From: an uncultured Puniceicoccaceae bacterium
GTDB taxonomy: Bacteria; Verrucomicrobiota; Verrucomicrobiia; Opitutales; Oceanipulchritudinaceae
Assembly: GCA_963933835.1 (NCBI GenBank)
Contig: CAWVVV010000002.1
Location: 128,001-192,000 of the forward strand
Direction of reading: 5' to 3'
Length of the DNA stretch: 64,000 nucleotides
Within the stretch, counting starts at the first letter, position 1. Each line of letters begins with the position of its first letter. Below, piece after piece: positions 9,750 to 20,300 of this stretch. A model generated the notes under the pieces. That model made no database searches. It was not told the origin of the DNA and worked only from the letters and a program-made list of their open reading frames with translations. Position numbers and translations under genes: made by a program.

Positions 9750-10907
9750 CTAATCAAAGATCTTCTTTGCCTTCTCCCAAAAGGAACCTTCAATAGGTTC
9801 ATCCGCGTCGCCGCAGGCGAGGGCAAAGGCTTCGAGGTGCTCACGCTGTTCAGTGGTCAGCTTTTTTGGCACCTCGATGTGAACTTTGATAAACTGGTCG
9901 CCATGGCCATTGCCGCGAAGAAGAGGCATTCCACGATTACGAAGCTTAAAGGATGTGCCGTCCTGAGTCCCTTCAGGAATCTTCAGAGTGACGAGGCCAC
10001 TTTCATTTGAAAGCGTTGGCACTTCAATCGAACCACCGAGGGCGGCGAGAGTGAACTTGATCGGTATATCGGTGTAGAGGCGGTCGCCCTCACGCCTAAA
10101 CACATTGTGCTCATCGACGTGGACAACGACATAGAGATCACCCGCCGGACCACCCATCACGCCGGCTTCACCATTTCCGGTCGAGCGGAGCTTCTGCCCT
10201 GTATCGATCCCTGCTGGGATGCGGAGTCGAACTTTCTTGTCCTCATCGACACGGCCTTCGCCGCGGCAACTAGAACATGATTTCTCCGGCATCCGGCCAG
10301 CCCCAGCACATTTGGGACAGGTTTGCTGCATTTGGAAAAATCCGCGAGAGGTCACAACGCGCCCCGCCCCGCCGCAGGTGGCACACGTAACCACCTTGCT
10401 GCCAGGCTCCGCTCCGTTGCCGCCACAAGTCCCACAGGAAGCAGCTGTGCGGTAAGAAATTTCTTTTTCACTTCCTCGATAAGCTTCGACGAGACTGATC
10501 TGGAGGTCATAGCGCAAATCAGCGCCCTCTTGAGCGCCTCCACGACCTCCTCCGCCGCCGCCAAACATATCGCTAAAGCCGCCGCCACCGCCACCGCCGC
10601 CAAAGACTTCGCGGAACATATCAAATGGGTCGACATGGGCACCACCACCACGGAAGCCGCCACCGCCGCCACCACCGCCGCCTTCGAAGGCAGCGTGTCC
10701 ATAGCGATCGTAGGCCGCGCGCTTCTCCGAGTCCTTGAGGACTTCGTAAGCCTCGGAGACCTCCTTAAACTTGGCCTCCATCGCTTTGTCACCTTTGTGT
10801 TTGTCAGGGTGATACTGAACCGCCTTCTTGCGGTAGGCCTTCTTTATTTCGGAGTCGGACGCTTCGCGCGCAACGCTGAGTAAATCGTAGTAATCTTCTT
10901 TTGCCAT
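9750..10907 (-). CDS. dnaJ: Molecular chaperone DnaJ
   Basis: J domain with HPD, G/F-rich linker, four CxxCxGxG repeats. Confidence 0.98.
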   Translation of the reverse strand: MAKEDYYDLLSVAREASDSEIKKAYRKKAVQYHPDKHKGDKAMEAKFKEVSEAYEVLKDSEKRAAYDRYGHAAFEGGGGGGGGGFRGGGAHVDPFDMFREVFGGGGGGGGFSDMFGGGGGGRGGAQEGADLRYDLQISLVEAYRGSEKEISYRTAASCGTCGGNGAEPGSKVVTCATCGGAGRVVTSRGFFQMQQTCPKCAGAGRMPEKSCSSCRGEGRVDEDKKVRLRIPAGIDTGQKLRSTGNGEAGVMGGPAGDLYVVVHVDEHNVFRREGDRLYTDIPIKFTLAALGGSIEVPTLSNESGLVTLKIPEGTQDGTSFKLRNRGMPLLRGNGHGDQFIKVHIEVPKKLTTEQREHLEAFALACGDADEPIEGSFWEKAKKIFD

Positions 10908-10910
10908 GCT

Positions 10911-11501
10911 CTATGCCTCGCTTGTGCCCGCCGGTCCCTTAGAAACTACAACCACGGCGGGACGCAGAAGTCGGTCATGCAGACTGTAGCCGACCCGGTT
11001 TACTTCGATCACATGGCCATCAGGAATTTCCGCGTGCTCTAAATGTGCGACAGACTCGTGTAGATTCGGGTCAAACGCCTCACCGACCGGATTGAGACAA
11101 GTGATACCATTACTCTCGAGCCAGCCGTTAACTTGGGTCAGCACCATCGCGAAGCCTTCGGCGAATGCTTTGCCCGCTTCGTGCTGTTGAGCTGCCTGCA
11201 GGCCCATGCTGAAATTATCGAGGAGCGGAAGGAACGTCTCCATCAGGTCCTGGTTCGCGTATTTACGGCTCTCGTCTTTTTCGCGAATGGCACGCTTGCG
11301 GTAATTCTCAAGCTCGGCAACGGCGCGCAAAGCGCGGTCACGGTAGCCATTGGCCTCAGCCGTGAGGGTTTCCAGCTGCTCAAGCAGCTTAGATTGCTCG
11401 TCTTGTTCACCTTCAGCTTCAAACGAAGCAACGGCTTCTTCTGGAGCAGTGTCTTCGGGGGCTGATGGTTCTACTTCGGATTCAGGTTTCGACGCGGACA
11501 T
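10911..11501 (-). CDS. grpE: Nucleotide exchange factor GrpE
   Basis: RAVAELENYRKR, FDPNLHE, GY.LHDRLLRPAVVVV. Confidence 0.97.
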   Translation of the reverse strand: MSASKPESEVEPSAPEDTAPEEAVASFEAEGEQDEQSKLLEQLETLTAEANGYRDRALRAVAELENYRKRAIREKDESRKYANQDLMETFLPLLDNFSMGLQAAQQHEAGKAFAEGFAMVLTQVNGWLESNGITCLNPVGEAFDPNLHESVAHLEHAEIPDGHVIEVNRVGYSLHDRLLRPAVVVVSKGPAGTSEA

Positions 11502-11733
11502 AGGTAGATCTTCTGTGCATTATTAAAGCCAAGCGGGTAAAATCCTGCATAGAGCATGCTTTTCAACCTTCAATTGACAAAAAGCGCATGAAATAGCGGC
11601 AACAACCCAAAGGACTCAAATATTCAGCCCGCGACGTCTTCTCTAAAAGTGTGACAGTGAGGCGATAAAACCGTCCCACCCTCGGCCCTCTAGCGACAGG
11701 ATGACTCACCCTCCGGACCTCCGAAACGAGCCC

Positions 11734-12684
11734 CTAGACAAAGTTTTCCGTCACGAGAACAACCGTCTCAACGATCGTGAAAGCGTGGAACGAAGCTGCG
11801 TAGGGAATCAGAAAATTAGCTCCACGATCGAAATGAGTGCCACTTGCGAGCAAAAGGCTGCCCTCAACGACGCTCACAATTCGCGGCTGAGCGCCCGCTT
11901 CGAAATCAAAGTGTGCTCCCGGCGCTAGAACAACGCGGCGAAGGCGAAAGGCGTCGCTATCCGCCAAGACAAAGTCGTCGCTATCAGCCTTAACGAGGGT
12001 TGGTGCGGCGTCTTCGAAATCAATCGAACGCAAGGATTCCTCGAGATGGAGTTGCCGCGGCTGCCCATCGAGGCCCACGCGGCCCCAGTCGTAGACGCGG
12101 TAAGTCGTGTCGCTGTTTTGCTGGATTTCGAGAATTAGATTTCCTGCATCGATCGCGTGCAAACGGCCACTGTGGACAAAAAGCGAATCACCGGGTTCGG
12201 TCTTGAGCCGAGGAACAAGAGCTTCGAGCTCACCTTTTTCGCCTTCAATCGCAGCGCCAAAGGCTTCGCGGGTCACACCCGGATTTAGGCCCGCCAAAAC
12301 GGCGGCGTCCGGCGCTGTTTCAGCGATGTACCAGTTCTCCGTTTTTGGCTCTCCACCGAGCTCGGGTGCTACCTCTGCGGGCGGATGCACTTGCAGGCTG
12401 AGGCGATCCTGACAGTCGAGCCATTTCACAAGAATGGGAAACGGGCGGGCGGGATCCCAGTCTGGACCCATCAGGCGCGCAGAGTCCGTCGAACGCAGTT
12501 CCGCCAACGTCTTCCCTTTGTTCGCTCCTGAAGCAATGATCGAGTTGGCCTCGGGGCGATCTACGATTTCCCAGCTTTCGCCAATTTTTGACTCAGAGGG
12601 AAGCTTTCTCCCTAGACTCTCAGCGAGGCCACGACCTCCCCAGACACGCTCTTGATAAATGGGATTGAAGACTACGACGTCCAT
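11734..12684 (-). CDS. Class I mannose-6-phosphate isomerase
   Basis: RVWGG, IGESWE, FPILVKWLD...LSLQVHP, KTENWY, EIQQNSDTTYRVYDW. Confidence 0.9.
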   Translation of the reverse strand: MDVVVFNPIYQERVWGGRGLAESLGRKLPSESKIGESWEIVDRPEANSIIASGANKGKTLAELRSTDSARLMGPDWDPARPFPILVKWLDCQDRLSLQVHPPAEVAPELGGEPKTENWYIAETAPDAAVLAGLNPGVTREAFGAAIEGEKGELEALVPRLKTEPGDSLFVHSGRLHAIDAGNLILEIQQNSDTTYRVYDWGRVGLDGQPRQLHLEESLRSIDFEDAAPTLVKADSDDFVLADSDAFRLRRVVLAPGAHFDFEAGAQPRIVSVVEGSLLLASGTHFDRGANFLIPYAASFHAFTIVETVVLVTENFV

Positions 12685-12775
12685 GCCGAACATTCAGGGA
12701 CATGGGGTATGTGGCGTCAAACCCCCATTCCGCTAGTTCAATCTAGACCTAGCTACCTGATAGAGAACGAATTAC

Positions 12776-15337
12776 ATGGCTCGCACTACATCCAAAAACA
12801 AGACCGACTCAACGTCCTTCAAACCACGTGGAGCACGGCCGCGCCCATTTTGGGCACTCGTCTGCCTCGTTTTTACAGTCCTTTTAGCCCTAGCGCTATT
12901 TGACTATCATCCAAATCAAACCGGACAGTTCAGCACCGACGATCCAGGCTCGAATATCGTCGCACGGTTTGGTTCCACTGTCGGCCATCAACTCAACCTT
13001 TACGTGGGGCTAGCAAGCCTCTGGGCCCCCCTCACTTTCGCCTGGCTCACCTACCTTTTCTTTCGGAGCTACGCTTACGTTCTAAATCTTAAGAAGCTGC
13101 TCAACCTCTCCTTTCTGGTCATCGCCACCTCGGTAGGCTCACAGATCCTTCAAAACGAGGTTCTCGAAGGCCAAAGCCTCGCCGCCGATCCAAACTATTA
13201 CCCCTACGGGATGGGCGGGCACATCGGGTTCCTCATCTACGACGGGTTCCTCCAAGAGTGGCTCAACATGGTCGGCACCATTGTTGTCTTTGGTATCCCA
13301 TCCATCGCTGCTCTCTTCTTCCTCCTAAGCGACAATCTCCTGAGCGACGTCACCAAGCGCCTCCGTGTGATAAATGACGAGTTGAAGAAAAATGCTGCAA
13401 AAAACAAAGCAGAACAGGCTCAGCGCAAAAAGGTAAACGAAGCCAACAAGCAAAAATCGAAGGCCGAAAAGGCGAAGGCCGAAAAGGCCAAAGCAGAAAA
13501 GCCTGAGCCCACCCCTGAGCCAAAGGCTCAAGAGCATACCGCCATCGATTCACCCGTCGAAATTGGCACCGCGACGCCCTTTCCAGAGAAAAAAGGCTTC
13601 TTCGGACGCACCAAGAAATCTAAAAAAGCGAAAGCCGTGAAGGCCGCTCCTACACCTCCACCTCCGGTCGAGGAAGCACCGGTTGAGGAAAAAGCCCCTG
13701 TCGCTTCGGACCCACTACCGACCAGCGGTGACCTGAAAATCATCGCTAGCGAGCGCACTCGAAAAGCCGTCGCCCAGCTTCCAGTAAAGCGAGGCGACTA
13801 CGTCTTCCCTCCGATGAAGTTACTCGCCGAAGTGCCTGATGTTGCGACAGAGGACAACTCTGCAGCACATCAAGAAACCGCCGAGAACCTCGTCCGCACC
13901 CTCGAAGAGTTTGGCGTCAAGGTGACCATGGGTGACGTCCACGCCGGCCCTGTCATCACGCGCTACGACATTTACCCCGCACCAGGCGTTCGGGTCGAAA
14001 AGATCGCAAATCTCGACAAGAACCTAGCCCTTGGGCTCAAGGCCACGAGCGTGCGAATTCTCGCACCCGTTCCGGGCAAAGGCTGCGTCGGCATCGAGGT
14101 TCCAAATGCAAATCCGCAAGCCGTCTTTATCCGCGACCTCCTCGAGTCGGAAGACTGGGCCAACAACAAGGCCGAGATACCCATTGCGCTGGGCAAAGAA
14201 GTGAGCGGCAAGCCCCTCATCGCCGACCTCACGAAAATGCCGCACCTTCTGATCGCCGGTTCCACAGGCGCCGGCAAGACGGTGTGTATTAACGCCATCA
14301 TTACGTCTCTCCTCTACCACAGTAGCCCAGAGGATCTCCGCTTTGTCATGGTGGATCCGAAGATCGTCGAGATGCAGGTCTTCAATAAGTTGCCGCACAT
14401 GATGATCCCAGTCGTGACGGACCCCAAGAAGGTCCCGAATGCACTCAAATATTTGCTCAATGAGATGGAGAAGCGCTACCAAATGTTCGCTGAATTGGGT
14501 GTGCGTAACATCGCTGGCTTCAATGCCAAAATGGCGAAAAGTCGGGGCGAAAAAGCCGAAGCTGAAGCGCGTGCCGCCGAGCTCGATGCTGCCCTCACTC
14601 CAGAAGAGCGGGCAGCCGCTGCGGCAGCCGTTTCTGTTCCTCGCGATCCAGACCTCGCCGGTGTGATCCCTCAAAAACTTCCCTACGTCGTCTGTATCGT
14701 CGACGAACTGGCTGACCTCATGATGGTTGCTCCTGCCGACATCGAAACGGGCATCGCTCGTCTCGCGCAGCTCGCGCGTGCTGCCGGCATCCACCTCATC
14801 CTCGCAACCCAAAGGCCTTCCGTAAACGTCATCACTGGCGTCATCAAAGCCAACCTTCCAAGCCGCATCTCCTTCAAAGTCGCCTCAAAAGTCGACTCGC
14901 GCACAATCCTTGATACCGGCGGAGCCGACCAGCTAATCGGCAAAGGGGACATGCTCTTCCTTCCCCCTGGCAGCGCGGATCTCGTCCGCTCACAAGGCGC
15001 TTTTGTCGGTGATGACGAAATTTCAGGTATCGTCGATTACGTTGTGGAGAACAACGGCGAGCCATCGTTCGACGAAGACTTCCAGCGAAGCGTCGAGTCC
15101 GGAGTTGATGAAGGAGGCAATGGTGCTGAAGGCGAATGGGATGACGTCCTTGTTCCCGATGCGATCGGAGTCTTGCGCTCTTCAAAGCGTGCAAGCACCT
15201 CGATGCTCCAGCGACGCCTTAAGATCGGCTACAATCGTGCCGCCCGCATCATGGAGATCCTTGAGGACGAAGGTATTGTCGGCCCTGAGAACGGATCGAG
15301 CCCCCGCGAGATCCTTCGTGACCTCGATAGCTTGTAG
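12776..15337 (+). CDS. ftsK: DNA translocase FtsK
   Basis: N-terminal TM region, linker, Walker A AGSTGAGKT, IVDELADLMM, ATQRPSVNVITG, C-terminal gamma domain (LQRRLKIGYNRAAR). Confidence 0.97.
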   Translation: MARTTSKNKTDSTSFKPRGARPRPFWALVCLVFTVLLALALFDYHPNQTGQFSTDDPGSNIVARFGSTVGHQLNLYVGLASLWAPLTFAWLTYLFFRSYAYVLNLKKLLNLSFLVIATSVGSQILQNEVLEGQSLAADPNYYPYGMGGHIGFLIYDGFLQEWLNMVGTIVVFGIPSIAALFFLLSDNLLSDVTKRLRVINDELKKNAAKNKAEQAQRKKVNEANKQKSKAEKAKAEKAKAEKPEPTPEPKAQEHTAIDSPVEIGTATPFPEKKGFFGRTKKSKKAKAVKAAPTPPPPVEEAPVEEKAPVASDPLPTSGDLKIIASERTRKAVAQLPVKRGDYVFPPMKLLAEVPDVATEDNSAAHQETAENLVRTLEEFGVKVTMGDVHAGPVITRYDIYPAPGVRVEKIANLDKNLALGLKATSVRILAPVPGKGCVGIEVPNANPQAVFIRDLLESEDWANNKAEIPIALGKEVSGKPLIADLTKMPHLLIAGSTGAGKTVCINAIITSLLYHSSPEDLRFVMVDPKIVEMQVFNKLPHMMIPVVTDPKKVPNALKYLLNEMEKRYQMFAELGVRNIAGFNAKMAKSRGEKAEAEARAAELDAALTPEERAAAAAAVSVPRDPDLAGVIPQKLPYVVCIVDELADLMMVAPADIETGIARLAQLARAAGIHLILATQRPSVNVITGVIKANLPSRISFKVASKVDSRTILDTGGADQLIGKGDMLFLPPGSADLVRSQGAFVGDDEISGIVDYVVENNGEPSFDEDFQRSVESGVDEGGNGAEGEWDDVLVPDAIGVLRSSKRASTSMLQRRLKIGYNRAARIMEILEDEGIVGPENGSSPREILRDLDSL

Positions 15338-15451
15338 GGGCATTATTTTCGTCAGCTACGTAATTTATGTAAAAAATGCACTGTCGTGAAAAAAATGCAT
15401 CAATCTTCCTTATTTTACTTGCCAAGGGCATAAAACAATACATCACCACTC

Positions 15452-15577
15452 ACATCTAAACGTCCCGTAAGGGAGTTTTGGGGTAACATAAGGAGTAGTG
15501 AACTGACCTGCAATAGTGGGTCAGATAAAGTAGAAATAAATGGCGGGTCGCTTAGGGGTAGGCGACCCGCCTTCTTT
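15452..15577 (+). ncRNA. Candidate small RNA 1 (unassigned family; ends approximate)
   Basis: Non-coding. TTGCCA at 15419-15424; hairpins TCCC-GTAA-GGGA and CTGACCTGC-AATA-GTGGGTCAG; 13-bp terminator. Confidence 0.5.
15542..15577 (+). terminator. Intrinsic terminator
   Basis: GGCGGGTCGCTTA-GGGG-TAGGCGACCCGCC followed by TTCTTT. Confidence 0.8.
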
Positions 15578-15730
15578 ATGTCTACTTTTAGTGAATGCGC
15601 CGTAACCCAAAGGGTAGCATGCATCCAAGCCACGTTGGACATGAACGCATGGCAGTCATCGTTTATTGCTACCGCCAATCTCTATCCGACTGAGTTTTCA
15701 AGAGTCTGCTATAACGCTGAAGAACGGCAC

Positions 15731-15812
15731 TGGAGGGACAGGCTCCTGCCTGTCCGCGACGTGGACGATGGGATTATTGAGCGTAGTGGACCGACGGGAG
15801 CCGATCCCTCCA
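15731..15812. repeat. REPIN-like element, copy 1 (two inverted 27-bp REP arms, 28-bp spacer)
   Basis: TGGAGGGACAGGCTCCTGCCTGTCCGC ... GTGGACCGACGGGAGCCGATCCCTCCA; same family and length as 63405-63486. Confidence 0.85.
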
Positions 15813-15884
15813 ATCTTTGTCCCTAAGCTGTTCGAAATTTAGATACCTCAGTCTTCAAAAGGATATTTCGCATTCGCTGGGCAT

Positions 15885-15915
15885 AAAAAAACCGCCCCAC
15901 GTTTCGGTGGAGCGG
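15885..15915 (-). terminator. Intrinsic terminator
   Basis: Minus strand CCGCTCCAC-CGAAAC-GTGGGGCGG followed by T7. Confidence 0.85.
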
Positions 15916-15985
15916 CCAGAGAGAACAAGATTACTTGCAAATTACTGAGACTGACTGCCGAAGCAGTTTTCTAACTCATAAACCA
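15885..15985 (-). ncRNA. Candidate small RNA 2 (unassigned family; 5' end approximate)
   Basis: Perfect TTGACA at 16019-16014, C(UUCG)G hairpin ACTGC-TTCG-GCAGT, strong terminator, no convincing CDS between promoter and terminator. Confidence 0.58.
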
Positions 15986-16190
15986 ACACCATGCAGACAA
16001 ATACGGTTTTATCTGTCAAGATATAAGGTATATTACTTACTTATTTACATGAGCCTCCATGTGGCCAAAAACGGGTAAAGTAGCCAAATTCCTCCCAAAT
16101 CGGCGAATTCCTTGGGCTGGCGATTGACTCGACTCCGATCGAAGGGAAGCCTTCCGGAGATTCGCAACCAAGCGTATAGCAATACTCATC

Positions 16191-17318
16191 ATGAATATCT
16201 GGAAATGGATTTTTTCTGTCATCGCCGCGATAGCTATCATCGTTAGCGTCGCACTTGCCTTAGGCCTCACCAAGAAGGATCAAATCGGTACGATAGTTGA
16301 GACCTTCAGCGGACCTATGCCTCCGACAGCGGTGAACATCGGCAGTCCGAGCGAGGCCACCTGGGAAGTCAGTATACCCGCCGTCGGCACCGTCACTTCA
16401 GTAGAAGGTATCACGGTCAGCCCTGAGACTCCCGGCATCATCGAGAAAATCCTTTTCAAAGCAGGAAGCACCGTCGAAGCCGGCGATATCCTGATCGAAC
16501 TCAACAAAGAGATCGAAAAAGCAAATCTAGCCCAAGCCGAAGCCAGCTTAGACTTGGCCAAAAAAACCCTGCGACGCTCCGAAGATCTCTTCAAAACACG
16601 CTCGATTGCCCAAGCCGAACTCGACTCTGCCCGCTCCCAAGCCAGCGCAGCCGAGGCCGCCGTGCTCTCCGTGCAATCAATTCTGGCCCAAAAAACGATC
16701 AAGGCACCTTTCGCTGGGCGTCTCGGGGTCAGGCAGATCAGCGTCGGACAATACCTCGACCCAGGTGAATCCGTCGTGGTACTCCAGTCAGTCGATCCCG
16801 TCTTCATCGAGTTTTCCCTTCCGCAGCGCAACCTGGGTCGCATCGCCGAAGGCTACAGTGTTCGTGCTAAGATAGATGCTTTCCCCGACAACGAATTCAC
16901 GGGCGAGCTCTCCGCGATCAGCCCGCAAGTCGACCGTGCGACCCGCAACGTGCTCATTCAAGCAACCTTTGAGAATCCTGAGCAGCTCCTTCGCCCCGGT
17001 ATGTTCACACGCGTAGAGGTTATCATGCCAGTGAAGCGCGATGTAGTGGTCGTCCCTATAATGGCGGTGCACTACAGCCCGACGGGTAACCGCATTTACG
17101 TCGCCGAGGAGAACGAAAACGGCCAGTTCGTTTCTCAACAAACGATCGTCCGCCTCGGCGAAACCCGAGGAGACTTCGTCGAAATCATTGATGGACTCGA
17201 AGGTGACGAACGCATCGTCGTGGACGGGGCCTTCAAACTTCTAGATGGCTCGCCCATTTTCCAATCTGAGCGTGGCACCGTTGAACCACAGCTCGAACCG
17301 ACTCCGGAGAATAACTAG
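16191..17318 (+). CDS. RND efflux periplasmic adaptor (MFP) subunit
   Basis: N-terminal anchor, lipoyl half motifs, IKAPFAGRLG, LRPGMF. Confidence 0.93.
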   Translation: MNIWKWIFSVIAAIAIIVSVALALGLTKKDQIGTIVETFSGPMPPTAVNIGSPSEATWEVSIPAVGTVTSVEGITVSPETPGIIEKILFKAGSTVEAGDILIELNKEIEKANLAQAEASLDLAKKTLRRSEDLFKTRSIAQAELDSARSQASAAEAAVLSVQSILAQKTIKAPFAGRLGVRQISVGQYLDPGESVVVLQSVDPVFIEFSLPQRNLGRIAEGYSVRAKIDAFPDNEFTGELSAISPQVDRATRNVLIQATFENPEQLLRPGMFTRVEVIMPVKRDVVVVPIMAVHYSPTGNRIYVAEENENGQFVSQQTIVRLGETRGDFVEIIDGLEGDERIVVDGAFKLLDGSPIFQSERGTVEPQLEPTPENN

Positions 17319-17347
17319 GTCCTAACCCGAGCACGCATCCCTGCGAA

Positions 17348-20300
17348 ATGAACATCACCGATATTTTCATCAAACGACCGATCCTCGCGATCGTCGTGAA
17401 CCTCGTGATCGTTATCGCGGGAATACAGGCTTATTTCAGCATCACCGTCCGGCAATACCCCGAGACACAGAATGCCTCCATCGTCATTAACACGGTCTAC
17501 ATCGGTGCAGATGCCGAGCTCGTACGGGGCTTCATCACTATTCCGATTGAGCAGGCCATCGCCGCTGCCGACGGCATCGACTACGTAAAGTCTGATAGCA
17601 AACGCGGCCTCTCGACGATCACCGCCCGCCTGAAGTTGAACTTTGACGCCAACCGCGCCCTCACCGAAATCAGTGCAAAGGTCGATCAAGTCCGCGGGGA
17701 TCTTCCACCCGAAGCAGAGATCCCGACGATCAATGTTGAGACCGCCGACTCTCAATTCGCTGCGGCCTACCTAAGTTTCACTTCCGATATTCTGCAGCAA
17801 AACGAGATCACCGACTATCTCATGCGGTCGATTCAGCCTCGCCTCGCCGCGATCGCCGGTGTCCAGCGTTCTGAGATTCTTGGAGCGCGCAACTTTGCCA
17901 TGCGGGTCTGGATGGATCCGAATAAAATGGCCGCCTTTGGCGTCACCGCTGCCGAAGTGCGCCAGGCGCTCTCAAGCAACAACTACCTCTCCGCAATCGG
18001 CCAAACCAAGGGCGCGATGGTGCAAGTGAGTCTTAGCGCTAACACCGACCTAAATTCGGTCAAAGAATTCGAAGAGCTCGTTGTCCGAGAGACCAATGGC
18101 GCACTTATCCGATTGAGTGACGTCGCCACAGTAGCCCTCGGAGCAGAAGACTACACCACCGAAGTTCGTGCGTCTGGTCGCACTTCCACCTTTATGGGTA
18201 TCTGGGTGCTGCCTGATTCCAATGCGATCGATGTCATCGCGGCCGTATCGGCAGAGATGGAACGTATCCAAAAGGACCTTCCGCGTGGGCTGGAGGCACG
18301 CGTCGCCTACGACTCGACGGAATACATCAACAGTGCGATTACCGAAGTGCGGAGCACCCTGATTGAGACCCTCGCGATTGTAGTCATCGTCATTTTCCTT
18401 TTCATCGGCTCGGCTCGAGCGGTCATCGTTCCGGTTATGACAATTCCGATCTCTTTGATTGGAGCTCTCTTCATAATGCAGATTTCGGGGTTCACCCTGA
18501 ACTTGCTCACGATCCTCGCAATTGTGCTCTCGGTGGGACTCGTCGTCGATGATGCGATCGTGATTCTGGAAAACATCGAACGCAATTTGCGCAAAGGGCT
18601 ATCTCCGTTTGATGCCGCTATCGTTGGGGCCCGCGAGCTCATCGGTCCGGTGATCGCCACAACCATCACCTTGGCGGCCGTCTACGCGCCGATCGCTTTT
18701 CAAGGCGGCTTGACAGGATCACTTTTCAGGGAGTTCGCTCTCACTTTAACGGGGGCTATCGTGATTTCGACCATCGTCGCGATCACCCTCTCGCCCTGGA
18801 TGTCCTCCGTCCTCTTGTCTCAAAAATCGACAGAAGGATGGCTTTCCAGAAAAGTAACAAATGTCTTCGACGCCCTGCGCGATGGATACACCCATATTTT
18901 GGATCTTACCCTGCGATATCGTTTCGCTATCATGATCATATGGGCAGGAGGCTTTCTCTTGGCTTTTCCGCTCTACATGTTCTCTCCTAAGGAGCTCGCG
19001 CCCATCGAGGACCAAGGCGTCATTTTCGCCATTTTGGATACACCGGCGAATTCCACACTGGAGTACACTTCCGCAGCCGCAAAAGCCGCTAACGAAAGTT
19101 TCTTCGGGGTCGAAGAAACAAATTTCAGTTTTCAGATCACTTATCCTAGCGGTGGTTTCAGTGGTGCCGTTCTAAAGCCATGGGATCAACGAGAGCGCTC
19201 CGTTTTCGAAATAAAGCCCGAGATCGACCAAGGCTTGTATTCGATCCCCTCGGTCAGTCTCTTCTCCCGCCTGCCGCCTGCCTTGCCCGGTGGAGGCAAC
19301 TTCCCGGTCGAATTCGTTATCGCTTCAACCGCTGAGCCCGCCGAAATCCTCGGCTACGCGCAGCAGATCATGGCCAAGGGGATGGAGCGTGGAGCACTGC
19401 AATTTGCCTTTCTCGATACAAAAATTGATCAACCCTTCACTGAGGTCATCATCGACCGTGAAAAGGGCGCCTCGATGGGGTTGAGCATGCAGAGCATCGG
19501 CACCGACCTCGCGTCGATGCTCGGAGGCAACTACGTGAATCGCTTCAATATCGAGGGCTACAGCTACAAGGTCATCCCGCAAGTCGAACGCATTGGCCGC
19601 CTCAACCCGTCTCAGCTCGAGGACGTCTACATCTCAGGCCCGAGCAACAGTGTCATTCCCCTCAGCTCAGTCGCCACCCTAGAACAAAGCGTCCAACCCC
19701 GCAGCCTTTTGCGTATGCAACAGCTCAATGCGGTCACGATCCAAGGTGGCCCTGCGCGCGCGCTCGGACTGACTCTCGCCACTCTCGAAGACATCGCAAA
19801 AGAGACTCTCCCCGAAGGCTACCGTGTCGATTATTTGGGTGAATCGCGCCAGCTGAAGAACCCCGGGGTGCCTTTCTGGTTAACGATGGTTTTAGCTTCG
19901 GTGCTTATCTATCTGGTTCTAGCGGCGCAGTTCAACAGCTATCGCGATCCCCTCGTAATCCTCCTCGGCTCCGCCCCCCTCGCCTTCTTTGGCGCAAGTA
20001 TTTTCACTTTTCTGAAGATGGATCCGGGCACGGGTATTCCCTACTGGACAGACGGGTGGACAACCTCAGTGAATATCTACACGCAGGTCGGCCTCATTAC
20101 CTTGATCGGCCTCGTGGCTAAGAATGGGATCCTTATTGTTGAGTTTGCTAACGTTTTGCAGCGTGAAGGCAGATCGAAGGTGGAAGCGGTTCGGGAGGCC
20201 TCTTGCATTCGCCTTCGCCCCGTTCTCATGACCACTGCGGCCACCGTCCTCGGACACTTTCCTCTCGTCCTCGTGACTGGCCCAGGTGCGGCGGCGAGAA

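Noticed and set aside
10545..10685. GGC/GGT-rich repeats in dnaJ
   Set aside because: Ordinary G/F-rich linker of DnaJ.
13459..13502. 15-bp KAEKA repeats in ftsK
   Set aside because: Normal low-complexity FtsK linker, in frame.
15415..15826. Small ORFs 15415-15678 (-) and 15578-15826 (+)
   Set aside because: They run through terminator hairpins and the REPIN element and show no recognisable protein features.
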